Source: Gammaproteobacteria bacterium
Lineage (GTDB): Bacteria > Pseudomonadota > Gammaproteobacteria > UBA4575
DNA length: 64,000 bases
Assembly: GCA_965220895.1 (NCBI GenBank)
Contig: OZ244850.1
Location: 165,656-229,655 of the forward strand
Reading direction: 5' to 3'
The notes below the pieces were generated by a model. The model was not told the origin of the DNA and made no database searches. It was given only the letters and a program-made list of their open reading frames with translations. Within the stretch, counting starts at the first letter, position 1, and every line of letters starts with the position of its first letter. Both the position numbers and the translations under genes were made by a program. Of the stretch, positions 27,658 through 37,301 are shown piece after piece.

Positions 27658-30144
27658 CTACGGCATATTGCCGGGTGCCTGACTGGCCTGCGCTTGATCA
27701 GTGGCGCAGCCTGCCCCTTCCCCTGCATCGGTCCCCGGTGGGAAATCATCCACTGCGATGGCCGCGTGTGCCGCAGTCCGTGCCCGTTCCACAAGTTCCG
27801 CTTCCGGTTGCGTGATGATGCCTTGTGCGACGGCCTCGCCCAGCCAGTCCTGTGACCTGCCCCTGCCCGGAGGGGAGACACCGGCTTTCGCAAGCTTGCG
27901 GTCCGCCTCCTCTGCGGCGATGACGGCAGCCAGGGCGTGTTGCACCCGCCCTGCGACATCTTCAGCGTCGATGCTCTTGAAAATTCCCCCGGTGAGCCGG
28001 TCCCGGGTTGCAGACGGCTCCATGAGGATTTCAGCGACACGCTGCCCCAGCACATCATTCGGGTAGTGCAGACTCCTTCCCGTCGGAAACACCACCGCGC
28101 GCAAAAGCTGCCCGACGATTCGCGAGGGAAAATTCCGCATGATTTCATCCAGGGCATGCTGGGCGTGGTAGAGGCAGTACTTCGCGCTCCACTCGACCAG
28201 CGGTAAATCCGTTGCCGGCCTGCCCGTCTCCTGGTAGTGCTTCAGAATGGCTGAACACAGATACATGTACCCCAGGACATCTGCAAAACGGCCGGAGAGC
28301 CTTTCCCTGCGCTTGAGGTTGCCGCCCAGAAACAACAGCGCAAAATCCGAAACAAACGCATAGCTTGCGCTGATCCTGGCCAGCCGCCTGAAGTAACCCT
28401 GGGTAGGCCCCGCCACCGGGCTGGGTGCCAGCCGGCTGCGGGTCACACCATACAGGAAGGACCTCGCACCATTGCGAACGGTATAGCCCATGTGCCGGAA
28501 CAGGACCTGGTCGAATTCTCTCAGCCCGGCTTCCTCTTCCGGGTCTGTCGCGGCATTGATTTCAGCCATAAGATAAGGATGGCATCGCATGGCGCCCTGG
28601 CCGAAGATAATCAGGCTGCGGACCAGGATGTTTGCACCCTCAACGGTGACGCTCATCGGCATGGACTGGTAAATCTGCGCCAGGTAGTTGCTCGGCCCCA
28701 GACAGATTCCGCGGCCCCCGTGCACGTCCATGGCATCATTGATGACCTTGCGCATGCTTTCCGTGTTGTGATACTTGAGCACCGCGGTCGCCACGGACGG
28801 CTTCTCCCCGTGGTCGATGGCTGAGGCGGTCAGCGTTCGCCCGGCTTCCATCATGTAGGTCAGGCCACCGATCCTGGCCAGGGCTTCCTGCACACCTTCG
28901 AACTTGCCAATCGGGGTCCCGAACTGTTTGCGGACCCGGGTATAGGCACCGGTCATGTAGCTGATGAATTTTCCTGCCCCTGCGCTCAGGGCAGGCAAGG
29001 AAATGCCGCGCCCGACCGACAGACACTCGACGAGCATGCGCCAGCCTTTGCCGATCTGATCCTGCCCGCCGATCACCCAGTCGATGGGAATGAATACGTC
29101 CTCTCCCCAGTTCGGGCCATTCTGGATGCAGGCATTGAGCGGGTTATGCCGCGTGCCGATGCGCACTCCCGGGGTATCGGTGGGAACCAGGGCGCAAGTG
29201 ATGCCGAGGTTCTCCTGTGTGCCGAGCAGGCCGTCCGGATCGTAGGCCTTGAAGGCAAGCCCCAGTACGGTGGCGACCGGCCCCAGCGTGATATAGCGTT
29301 TTGCCCAGTTCAGGCGCAGACCCAGAACCTCCTTTCCCTCGAACTCGCCTCGACAGACCACGCCGGTATCCGGCATGGCGCCCGCATCGGACCCGGCATC
29401 CGGTCCTGTCAGCGCAAAACAGGGAATCTCTTCCCCTGCGGCAAGCCTTGGCAGGTAATGGTTTTTTTGCTCCTCCGTGCCGTAGTGCAGCAGCAGTTCA
29501 GCAGGTCCCAGCGAATTCGGGACCATGACCGTGACGGCCGCACTGGCGCTGCGGCTCACAATTTTCATGACCACGGACGAATGTGCGATGGCGGAGAATT
29601 CAAGGCCTCCGTATTTCTTCGGTATGATCATTCCGAAAAACCTGTTTTTCTTGAGGAACTCCCAGGCTTCGGGGGGAAGATCATTCAACTCGCTTGTCAT
29701 TTTCCAGTCATCGAGCATCCGGCAAAGCTCGTCCACCGGCCCGTCCAGGAAGGCCTGCTCTTCCGCGGAAAGCGCCGAAGTCCTGTGCCCGATCAGTTTT
29801 TGCCAATCGGGATTGCCCTGAAACAGTTCAGCTTCCCACCACGAAGTCCCTGCCTCGACCGCCTCGCGCTCCGTATCCGACAAGGGGGGCAGCACCTTGC
29901 GTATGTAGGCAAACATCGGCCTGCTCAAAAGCGCGATGCGCAGCTCGGGCGAGTTGAGCAGCGCCAGAAAAACGAACAGCCCCCACAGGACAATACCGCC
30001 GATGACGGACAGCATGCCGAACAGGGTCAGCAATAGCAGGCCAACGCCCAATGCCCCGGTCCAGGTCTGAAAGGACCACCTGGCCCGGCTCAGGCCCAGT
30101 ACCAGTCCACCCAGCACCAGCAACCAAATAATGAATGTCACCAA
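27658..30144 (-). CDS. fadE: large membrane-anchored acyl-CoA dehydrogenase (FadE-like)
   Basis: 828 aa with an N-terminal TM region followed by acyl-CoA dehydrogenase domains ('CFALTGPDAGSDAGAM', 'FGQGAMRCHPY'). Confidence 0.85.
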   Translation of the reverse strand: MVTFIIWLLVLGGLVLGLSRARWSFQTWTGALGVGLLLLTLFGMLSVIGGIVLWGLFVFLALLNSPELRIALLSRPMFAYIRKVLPPLSDTEREAVEAGTSWWEAELFQGNPDWQKLIGHRTSALSAEEQAFLDGPVDELCRMLDDWKMTSELNDLPPEAWEFLKKNRFFGMIIPKKYGGLEFSAIAHSSVVMKIVSRSASAAVTVMVPNSLGPAELLLHYGTEEQKNHYLPRLAAGEEIPCFALTGPDAGSDAGAMPDTGVVCRGEFEGKEVLGLRLNWAKRYITLGPVATVLGLAFKAYDPDGLLGTQENLGITCALVPTDTPGVRIGTRHNPLNACIQNGPNWGEDVFIPIDWVIGGQDQIGKGWRMLVECLSVGRGISLPALSAGAGKFISYMTGAYTRVRKQFGTPIGKFEGVQEALARIGGLTYMMEAGRTLTASAIDHGEKPSVATAVLKYHNTESMRKVINDAMDVHGGRGICLGPSNYLAQIYQSMPMSVTVEGANILVRSLIIFGQGAMRCHPYLMAEINAATDPEEEAGLREFDQVLFRHMGYTVRNGARSFLYGVTRSRLAPSPVAGPTQGYFRRLARISASYAFVSDFALLFLGGNLKRRERLSGRFADVLGYMYLCSAILKHYQETGRPATDLPLVEWSAKYCLYHAQHALDEIMRNFPSRIVGQLLRAVVFPTGRSLHYPNDVLGQRVAEILMEPSATRDRLTGGIFKSIDAEDVAGRVQHALAAVIAAEEADRKLAKAGVSPPGRGRSQDWLGEAVAQGIITQPEAELVERARTAAHAAIAVDDFPPGTDAGEGAGCATDQAQASQAPGNMP

Positions 30145-30308
30145 AACTCCTCCGACTCAGCCATATCCGAAGGCCAAGCACCACGTACCTGTATTGTACT
30201 CCAACAGGGGATGTGCCCTGCTTTCCAAGGCGGGCGGGGCAGAATCCAGCACCCGGCTTCATTCCGCAAAGCTGGCCCGATTATAATAGGGCTTCACAAC
30301 CCCAGGGT

Positions 30309-31598
30309 ATGCCGATGACTTCTACTGACCAGCACCATGACCCCAGTTGCATGGATGACTTCGATCCGGCCTCCCTGGATGCCGAGCAGGCGTTGGCGCA
30401 AATTGTCGAAACGGTGAGCCGGTCGCGTGAGGTCGAGACCGTGGCACTCCAGGATGCGCTGGGGCGCGTGATCGCCAGCGAGTCGCGTTCACAGGTCAAC
30501 GTGCCCGGGCACACAAACTCTGCCATGGACGGGTATGCGATTCGCAGCGAAGACATTCCTGCCCGCAACCGGGCCACCCTGTCCGTACTCGGAACGTCCT
30601 GGGCGGGACGGCCCTTTGCGGGGCCCGTGCGGCGCGGAGAATGCGTGCGCATCATGACCGGCGCCGCCATGCCGGATGGCGCCGATACCGTGGTCATGCA
30701 GGAGCGTGTCGAGAAAAAGGACGGTACGATCGGCATCGACAGCGATAACCGGCCCGGGCAAAACGTTCGCCAGGCCGGTGAGGACATCCGGCTTGGCGAG
30801 ATCGTTCTGGAAAGGGGCAAGCTCATCCGCCCGGCAGAACTGGGTTTGCTGGCCTCAGCAGGCATCGGCGAGGTCACCGTGTACAAGAAGCTGCGGGTCG
30901 CTTTCTTCTCTACGGGCGATGAATTGCGCCCGGTTGGCTCCGAGCTGCAAAAAGGCCAGATCTACGACAGCAACCGCTACACCCTGTACGGCATGCTGTC
31001 TCGCCTGGGGGTCGAAATTACCGACCTGGGGGTAATCGGGGATGAAAGAGATGCGATTGCGCAGGTCTTTTCGGATGCCGCAGCCCGCGCAGACGTCGTC
31101 ATCACGTCCGGGGGCGTATCCGTCGGCGAAGCCGATTTCGTGAAGGAAATTCTCGAGCAGCAAGGTACCGTCCATTTCTGGAAAGTCGCCATGAAACCGG
31201 GGCGCCCACTCGCGTTCGGGAAGATCGGCGATGCCTGGTTTTTTGGCCTGCCAGGCAATCCAGTCTCCGTCATGGTGACCTTCTACATGTTTGTACTGCC
31301 GGCCCTCGAGAAAATGATGGGAGTCCCCTACCGCGAACCCCTGACCGTGACGGCTACCTGCTCTTCCAGGCTGCGCAAGCGCGCGGGGCGCATCGAGTAT
31401 CAGCGCGGCATTCTGAGCCTGGGAAAAAACGGTGACCTGCAGGGGCGCAGCTACCGGGTATCGAAAACCGGGCCGCAGGGCTCGGGCGTGCTGCGTTCCA
31501 TGTCGGATGCCAACTGCTTCATCATCTTGCCCATGGAGTCCTCAGGGGTCGAAGCCGGCGACACGGTCCGGGTGTTGCCCTTTGAAGCCATCGTCTAG
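30309..31598 (+). CDS. moeA: molybdopterin molybdotransferase
   Basis: The start was moved to ATG 30309. Contains 'NSAMDGYA', 'ITSGGVSVGEADF' and 'WKVAMKPGRPLAFG...FGLPGNPVS'. Confidence 0.88.
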   Translation: MPMTSTDQHHDPSCMDDFDPASLDAEQALAQIVETVSRSREVETVALQDALGRVIASESRSQVNVPGHTNSAMDGYAIRSEDIPARNRATLSVLGTSWAGRPFAGPVRRGECVRIMTGAAMPDGADTVVMQERVEKKDGTIGIDSDNRPGQNVRQAGEDIRLGEIVLERGKLIRPAELGLLASAGIGEVTVYKKLRVAFFSTGDELRPVGSELQKGQIYDSNRYTLYGMLSRLGVEITDLGVIGDERDAIAQVFSDAAARADVVITSGGVSVGEADFVKEILEQQGTVHFWKVAMKPGRPLAFGKIGDAWFFGLPGNPVSVMVTFYMFVLPALEKMMGVPYREPLTVTATCSSRLRKRAGRIEYQRGILSLGKNGDLQGRSYRVSKTGPQGSGVLRSMSDANCFIILPMESSGVEAGDTVRVLPFEAIV

Positions 31599-31621
31599 GT
31601 CCTGATCTTTTCAGGCAGAGG

Positions 31622-32068
31622 TCATGGACAGGGTTTTCCCTCATTGCCTGTCAGCCAGCGTTGCCGATCCGGCAAATGCTCCTTTTTCCAGATCGGGGAC
31701 TTGGATTTCAAGTCTTCCATGATGAAACGGTTGGCCGCATAGGCGGCTGCCCGGTGTGTCGACCAGGTGGCCACGCACACGATCGGGTCATTTGGAAACA
31801 CCTGGCCTGTACGATGCAACAGCAACACGCCGAGCAGTTCCCAGCGCCGCGCCGCCTCCTGCGCAATCTGCTGCAGATGCTTCTGAGTCATTTCCGGATA
31901 ATGCTCCAGATGCATCGTATCGACCGCCTCCCCTGCGTTGAAATCCCGCATGCTGCCTACGAATACTGCCGTCGCCCCGAATTTTCCCGGCTTTTTCAGG
32001 CACTGTTCCTGATAATCCCGGACTTCCTGCCAGGGATCAAAGGCAGTATCGCGAACCTCGATCTTCAT
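31622..32068 (-). CDS. moaE: molybdopterin synthase catalytic subunit
   Basis: 148 aa. 'GATAVFVGSMRDFN...LEHYPEMT...' fits the MoaE family. No moaD is visible immediately upstream. Confidence 0.85.
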   Translation of the reverse strand: MKIEVRDTAFDPWQEVRDYQEQCLKKPGKFGATAVFVGSMRDFNAGEAVDTMHLEHYPEMTQKHLQQIAQEAARRWELLGVLLLHRTGQVFPNDPIVCVATWSTHRAAAYAANRFIMEDLKSKSPIWKKEHLPDRQRWLTGNEGKPCP

Positions 32069-32164
32069 ACCTGCCGGATTTTCCCGAAAACCGTGTGTTT
32101 GACTGTATTCACCGTAAAATACTACTGTACAGGATCGTGATTGCCATTGGCAGGATGCAAAAGC

Positions 32165-32683
32165 ATGAGTGATGACAAAAAACGTGACTTCATTTTTCTG
32201 GATATTGCCGTACTGACCATTTCCGATACGCGCACGGAAGAAGACGACAAGTCCGGAAAAATCCTGTGTGACCGGCTGTGTTCAGCCGGCCACAAGGTGC
32301 ATGGGAAAGTCATCGTCCCGGACGACAAATACAGGATCCGGGCAGCCGTATCCCCCTGGATCGCTAAACCCAAACCCGACGTCATACTCACGACCGGGGG
32401 CACCGGCGTTACCGGAAGAGACGGCACACCCGAGGCGATCAAACCACTGCTTGACAAGGAGATTACAGGTTTTGGCGAGATGTTCCGGGTCCTGTCATTT
32501 GAAACGATCAAGACCTCCACCCTGCAATCCCGGGCCTTTGCAGGCGTGGCTAACCGGACCTACGTTTTCTGCCTGCCCGGTTCAAGCGGAGCCTGTGCCG
32601 AAGCGTGGGACAAGCTGATCTCGCATCAGCTCGATTACCGGACCCGTCCATGCAACCTAGTGGAACTGATGCCAAGACTGTAA
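32165..32683 (+). CDS. moaB: molybdenum cofactor biosynthesis protein B
   Basis: The start was moved to ATG 32165. Contains 'IAVLTISDTRTEEDDKSG' and 'TTGGTGVTGRDGTPEA'. Confidence 0.8.
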   Translation: MSDDKKRDFIFLDIAVLTISDTRTEEDDKSGKILCDRLCSAGHKVHGKVIVPDDKYRIRAAVSPWIAKPKPDVILTTGGTGVTGRDGTPEAIKPLLDKEITGFGEMFRVLSFETIKTSTLQSRAFAGVANRTYVFCLPGSSGACAEAWDKLISHQLDYRTRPCNLVELMPRL

Positions 32684-32730
32684 CCAGGGACCCGTTCGAT
32701 CCTCTGCCCGTGAATCCCCAAATCGCCAGA

Positions 32731-33801
32731 ATGGCCGGGCCCCTTGGACAATACCCTGAATCACCCGTTGTGAGCGCAAGCAGATTAGCCCCCGAATGGG
32801 AGCCTCAGGATGCTACCGTTCTCACCTGGCCTCACCGACACTCTGACTGGGCGCCAACGCTGGGACAGATCGAACCCGTCTACCTGGAACTGTGCAAATA
32901 CATCGGCAAACGCCAGGCCCTCATCCTGATCGCCTACGACCATGCCCACGTGCTGGAGATCCGGGACAAGCTGGACACGGCCGACATCGACTGCGAGCAC
33001 ATGAGGTTTGCCACGATTCCCACCAATGACACATGGATACGTGATTACGGGCCGGTCTGCACCGCATCCGGACACGGGAGACAGCTGCTCGATTTCCAGT
33101 TTGACGGATGGGGACAAAAATACGACTGGCAGCTGGACAATGCGGTGAATACACGGCTGGCCGAGGGTGTAGAGTTCAGGGCCTCCCACCAGTGCATCGA
33201 CCAGGTTCTGGAAGCCGGCAACATCGAAATCAACGGGCAAGGCGAGTTGCTGTGTTCCAGGACCTGCTTCAGGCGCACCCGTGCGCTGCCGGATTCACAG
33301 TTTGCCATGCTCGAGAAACAGCTCGAACAATGGCTGGGATGCCGCAAAGTCCACTGGCTGGATGACGTACAACTCGCAGGCGATGACACCTGCGGACACA
33401 TCGATACACTGGCTCGATTTTGCGCCGATGACATCATCGCCTACTCCGCTTCCTCTGCCCCGAAAGACAGCAATCACGAAACACTAAAGCGGCTCTCGGT
33501 GCAGCTCAAAAAAATCAACCGACAAGTCGGCAACCGGTTTGAACTGGTCCCTTTGCCACTGCCTGATTTGATCACCCGGTGCGGGCAGCCGCTACCTGCC
33601 ACCTATACCAACTTTCTGGTGACCAATGACTTGGTCCTGGTGCCGGTCTTCAACGACGGTCAGGATGATGATGCGCTCAGGCGAGTCGACGAGCTGTTTC
33701 CAGACAGGGAGATCGTGGATATTGAATGTAATGCCTTGATACGCCAGCGCGGTGGCCTGCATTGTGCCGCCATGCAAATACCCGAGGGCTTCATCAGGTG
33801 A
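32731..33801 (+). CDS. aguA: agmatine deiminase
   Basis: Contains 'PEWEPQDATVLTWPH', 'WIRDYGP' and the C-terminal catalytic Cys 'GGLHCAAMQIP'. The start is uncertain; 32650, 32710 and 32731 are all in frame. Confidence 0.8.
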   Translation: MAGPLGQYPESPVVSASRLAPEWEPQDATVLTWPHRHSDWAPTLGQIEPVYLELCKYIGKRQALILIAYDHAHVLEIRDKLDTADIDCEHMRFATIPTNDTWIRDYGPVCTASGHGRQLLDFQFDGWGQKYDWQLDNAVNTRLAEGVEFRASHQCIDQVLEAGNIEINGQGELLCSRTCFRRTRALPDSQFAMLEKQLEQWLGCRKVHWLDDVQLAGDDTCGHIDTLARFCADDIIAYSASSAPKDSNHETLKRLSVQLKKINRQVGNRFELVPLPLPDLITRCGQPLPATYTNFLVTNDLVLVPVFNDGQDDDALRRVDELFPDREIVDIECNALIRQRGGLHCAAMQIPEGFIR

Positions 33802-34745
33802 ATACCATCCACGTCGCACTGGTGCAACAGCGCATGCTGGATGACTGCCAGGCCAATCTTGAAGCCAGCCTGACCCAGGTACACGAAGCTGCACGCAGGG
33901 GCGCCCAGCTGATTGTACTTTGCGAACTGCATACCGGCCTGTACTTCTGCCAGGAGAAGTCTGCCCGGCATTTCAGACATGCCCAGGAGGTTCCCGGCCC
34001 CCTTACCCGCCAGCTGAGCCAGGCCGCCCGAAAAAACCAGGTTGTGATCGTGGGCTCAGTCTTTGAGAAGCGGGCCCGGCGGCTTTATCACAACACGGCC
34101 GTAGTCCTGGACCAAGACGGCAGTCTGGCGGGCAGCTATCGAAAAATGCACATCCCGGACGGTCCCGGTTACTACGAGAAATATTATTTTGCGCCCGGGG
34201 ATACCGGCTTCCTTCCGATTCAGACGAGCCTGGGAAAACTCGGAGTCATGGTCTGCTGGGACCAGTGGTTTCCGGAAGCTTCCCGCATGATGGCGCTTTG
34301 CGGTGCAGAAGCCCTGATATTCCCGACTGCAATCGGCTGGGAACCGGATGACGATGACGAGGAAAAACAGCGCCAGGTGCAGGTCTGGCAAGTCATCCAG
34401 CAAAGCCACGCCATTGCAAACAACCTTCCGGTCATCTGTACAAACCGTGTCGGACACGAAAAGGACCTCTCCGGTACCACCAGGGGGATCGATTTCTGGG
34501 GACAGTCATTTGTTACTGATGCGTTCGGCAAGATCGTCACCCAGGGACCGGCAGATGTTGCAGAAACGCTGCATGCCGAGATTGACCTTGGCGAAACGCA
34601 ACGACGCCGGCAGGTCTGGCCGTATCTGCAGGATAGGCGCATCGATGCCTACGGCGATATCAATAAAAGGTTTGCAGAGGGACCGCGGGATCCTAGGTCA
34701 GCGCCAGCATCACCAGATACGGGATCACGTAAAACGCGACGATGA
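33798..34745 (+). CDS. aguB: N-carbamoylputrescine amidase (CN-hydrolase)
   Basis: The GTG start at 33798 overlaps the aguA stop (GTGA). Contains 'VALVQQ...', the Glu/Lys/Cys triad and 'GVMVCWDQWFPE'. Confidence 0.85.
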   Translation: MNTIHVALVQQRMLDDCQANLEASLTQVHEAARRGAQLIVLCELHTGLYFCQEKSARHFRHAQEVPGPLTRQLSQAARKNQVVIVGSVFEKRARRLYHNTAVVLDQDGSLAGSYRKMHIPDGPGYYEKYYFAPGDTGFLPIQTSLGKLGVMVCWDQWFPEASRMMALCGAEALIFPTAIGWEPDDDDEEKQRQVQVWQVIQQSHAIANNLPVICTNRVGHEKDLSGTTRGIDFWGQSFVTDAFGKIVTQGPADVAETLHAEIDLGETQRRRQVWPYLQDRRIDAYGDINKRFAEGPRDPRSAPASPDTGSRKTRR

Positions 34746-34935
34746 TCAGCTTGTAGACGCCCATCATCACGTAGTGGGACCTGTCAAATGCCTCTTGCGA
34801 CAGTGAGAACCATCGGCTATGCAGCTTGTACACCGCATCATGGGCCAGTGTGAAAATCAAAAACCAGGCGAGGAGCAGGCCGATGTTGACCAAAGCGCAC
34901 CAGCCCAGCACCGTGCGCGTCAACTCAGCATCCAC
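34693..34935 (-). CDS. small membrane protein (DUF6868-like)
   Basis: 80 aa with two hydrophobic helices. The family assignment is from memory only. It overlaps the aguB 3' tail convergently by 53 nt. Confidence 0.45.
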   Translation of the reverse strand: MDAELTRTVLGWCALVNIGLLLAWFLIFTLAHDAVYKLHSRWFSLSQEAFDRSHYVMMGVYKLIIVAFYVIPYLVMLALT

Positions 34936-35055
34936 GACAATGCCCCTGCAAGACTTGCACTCCCGGGACCTGGCACCAGCACTCGGGCAAACGGCCCCTG
35001 GGTCCAGGACAGGCGGTACGGTTTTGCCGCATCCGGCAGGAGGGCCACTGGGAAG

Positions 35056-36306
35056 TCAGGGCGCCACCTCGCTGATCACGATGTCGACCGGGGAAGAACC
35101 GCTGGTCTTGACGGGCTGTACGCTCCCGTAGAGATCACCTGCCTGCATCCTGGCCTGCCCGGACTTGGAAATCCTTGCAATGACCTCCACCTCTTTCATG
35201 CTGGACAAGGTCATCTCCGGAATCATCGCGACGCTGTCATCCAGAGTGACCCGGACCGGAAGTGCGCCCGCATTCATCCGTACCAGGGCCAGCGGCATGG
35301 GCGGCCCCTGCAAGGCACGTGCATAAACAAACAGCGTCTCGGTGCCTGCAACGTTTTCCCGCAATGCTGCACTGAGCGAAACCTGCACGTCGATGGAAGC
35401 CGTGACATCCGACTCTTGATCCGAAGAAACCGCCTTGCCAGCCTCCGGCGTAGCGGCCGCAATACCGGGCTGCACTTTTTGCCGGGCATCATCCAGGTAA
35501 ACCTGCAGGGTCGAGCGCACTTCCGCCTGGTCGTCCGGCACCTGGCGCATCAGCCTCTCCCAGTACTCCACTGAGCTCGGGTAATCCTGGAGGAGGTAGG
35601 AAGCAAAACCGGCATACCACAGGGCGCGTTCATGGTAGGGGTCAATCTGCAGGGCCCGCACAAAGAATGCCAACGTACCCTCGTCGAATTGCTGTCCCGC
35701 AGCCAGCGCCTGCGCCTCGGCATAGTCGACAAGGATGTCGGCGTCCGCACCCTTGGACAGCGCATACGCCCGTTCATAGGCCTCAACGGCCCGGCTGAAA
35801 TTAGCCAGCGCCAGGTACGACCGCCCCAGCATGGACCAGCCCGCCAGATCATCCGGATCCTCCCCCAGTTTCAGTTCAAGTCTTTGGATCGCCTGCTCTA
35901 CGGTAAGCATCCGGTCCTGATCCTGGACCCTGGCCTGAAAATCATCAGACAGCGAAGCCAGACCATTATCGGTCTTCAGGTACATGAACACGGAAATCAC
36001 GGGAACCATCAGCAAGACGGCCACCGCCATCGTCTTGCCGTTTTTCTTCAGGACAGGCGGCCGGTAATCGGCAAGATCATCGATCAGCGTGCGTTTCAGA
36101 TCGTCCCGGGCGACTTCAAACTGCTCTTTACCGATCAGGTCTCTTCGGAGGTCTTCATCGAGCTCCTTGAGTTTTCTGTCGAACACTGCCCGGTTCGTGG
36201 CCTGGCGGCTGTGATCCGCCCGTGGATCTTTAGCGGCCAGTGGCGGCAATACAAGGACGAGCGCCACCACGATCAGGAATGCACTGATGACCCAGAACGT
36301 AAGCAC
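35056..36306 (-). CDS. ccmI: cytochrome c-type biogenesis protein CcmI (TPR)
   Basis: 416 aa with an N-terminal TM segment and TPR repeats. It is the last gene of the ccm operon. Confidence 0.8.
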   Translation of the reverse strand: MLTFWVISAFLIVVALVLVLPPLAAKDPRADHSRQATNRAVFDRKLKELDEDLRRDLIGKEQFEVARDDLKRTLIDDLADYRPPVLKKNGKTMAVAVLLMVPVISVFMYLKTDNGLASLSDDFQARVQDQDRMLTVEQAIQRLELKLGEDPDDLAGWSMLGRSYLALANFSRAVEAYERAYALSKGADADILVDYAEAQALAAGQQFDEGTLAFFVRALQIDPYHERALWYAGFASYLLQDYPSSVEYWERLMRQVPDDQAEVRSTLQVYLDDARQKVQPGIAAATPEAGKAVSSDQESDVTASIDVQVSLSAALRENVAGTETLFVYARALQGPPMPLALVRMNAGALPVRVTLDDSVAMIPEMTLSSMKEVEVIARISKSGQARMQAGDLYGSVQPVKTSGSSPVDIVISEVAP

Positions 36307-36310
36307 CGGA

Positions 36311-36760
36311 CTATTCCTCGGGACGGCTCAGGATCGAGTCTACTTTTGCCTGTTCAGCCTCGCTCAGCGCTGTGCTGCCGGCACTTTTCTGCTTCCTAAC
36401 CACCTGCGCCAGCGTCGCCAGTGCGATCAAGAGAAAGACAAGGGGACCAAACCACAGCAGCCAGGTTCTTGGCTTGACCGGCGGCCTGTACAGCACGAAA
36501 TCGCCATAACGGTTGACCATGAATTCCGTGATCTCGGAATCCGTGGCACCGGCCTGCAGCATTTTCTTCACTTCGTCCCGCAAGTCCTTGGCGAGGTCTG
36601 CATCGGACTCAGCAATGGTCTGGTTCTGGCAAACCAGGCAGCGCAACTCGTCCAGTAGCGAGTAGTAGCGCGCCTCATGTTCCGGAGCCAGGGCACCGGG
36701 CTGTGCCAGCACACCAGCACAAAGCAAAAATATGGCAATCAAGCAGCAGGCCTTTCGCAT
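36311..36760 (-). CDS. ccmH: cytochrome c-type biogenesis protein CcmH
   Basis: Contains the 'LRCLVCQNQTIAESDADLAKDLR' CXXC motif. Confidence 0.88.
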   Translation of the reverse strand: MRKACCLIAIFLLCAGVLAQPGALAPEHEARYYSLLDELRCLVCQNQTIAESDADLAKDLRDEVKKMLQAGATDSEITEFMVNRYGDFVLYRPPVKPRTWLLWFGPLVFLLIALATLAQVVRKQKSAGSTALSEAEQAKVDSILSRPEE

Positions 36761-37294
36761 CTACAAGGTCTCGTTTTGCAACTGGCCGATTAACGGCAAC
36801 AGCTTTTCCTCGGCATCACGCCATGTAATCACACCGATATGCTTGTAACGAATAATGCCGTTTTTATCGACCACGAAGGTTTCCGGGACGCCGTACACCC
36901 CCCACTCGATCCCGACCCTGCCGGATGCATCCACTGCACTTGCCCGATACGGGTCTCCGTGCTCGATCAGATACTGCCGCGCATCGGCTGTATCGTCCTT
37001 GTAGTTCAGTCCGTACAGGATGACCTCATGGCGGTGTGCCAGTTCCGTCAGCACGGGGTGCTCCTCCCTGCAGGCCACGCACCAGCTCGCCCAGACATTG
37101 AGCAGGCTCACCTTGCCGAGAAATTCACTCTCTGAAAATACGGCCTCGCTGTCTGCAAGTCGCGGCAGTGAAAACTGGGGTACCGGCTTGCCAAGCAGTG
37201 GCGAGGAGACCTCGGTGGGATCCCTGTACAAGCCCACGAACAGGAAGCTCGTGAGTATGAAAAACAGGATGACGGGCAGAAGATACTTGGACAT
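36761..37294 (-). CDS. ccmG: thiol:disulfide interchange protein DsbE/CcmG
   Basis: The start was moved to ATG 37294 ('MSKYLLPVILFF'). Contains 'WASWCVACREEHP'. Confidence 0.88.
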   Translation of the reverse strand: MSKYLLPVILFFILTSFLFVGLYRDPTEVSSPLLGKPVPQFSLPRLADSEAVFSESEFLGKVSLLNVWASWCVACREEHPVLTELAHRHEVILYGLNYKDDTADARQYLIEHGDPYRASAVDASGRVGIEWGVYGVPETFVVDKNGIIRYKHIGVITWRDAEEKLLPLIGQLQNETL

Positions 37295-37301
37295 ACCCAG
37301 A

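Noticed and set aside
30145-30308. Possible Moco riboswitch upstream of moeA ('CUCCUCCGACUCAGCCAUAUCCGAAGG' vaguely recalls the 3' part of the E. coli moaA leader). I also checked the 96-nt moaE/moaB spacer (32069-32164).
   Set aside because: Only a short, loose resemblance is present. The 5' half of such an element would have to lie inside the fadE coding region, and the moaE/moaB spacer is too short. A covariance-model search with the Rfam Moco model would be decisive, and I cannot run it.
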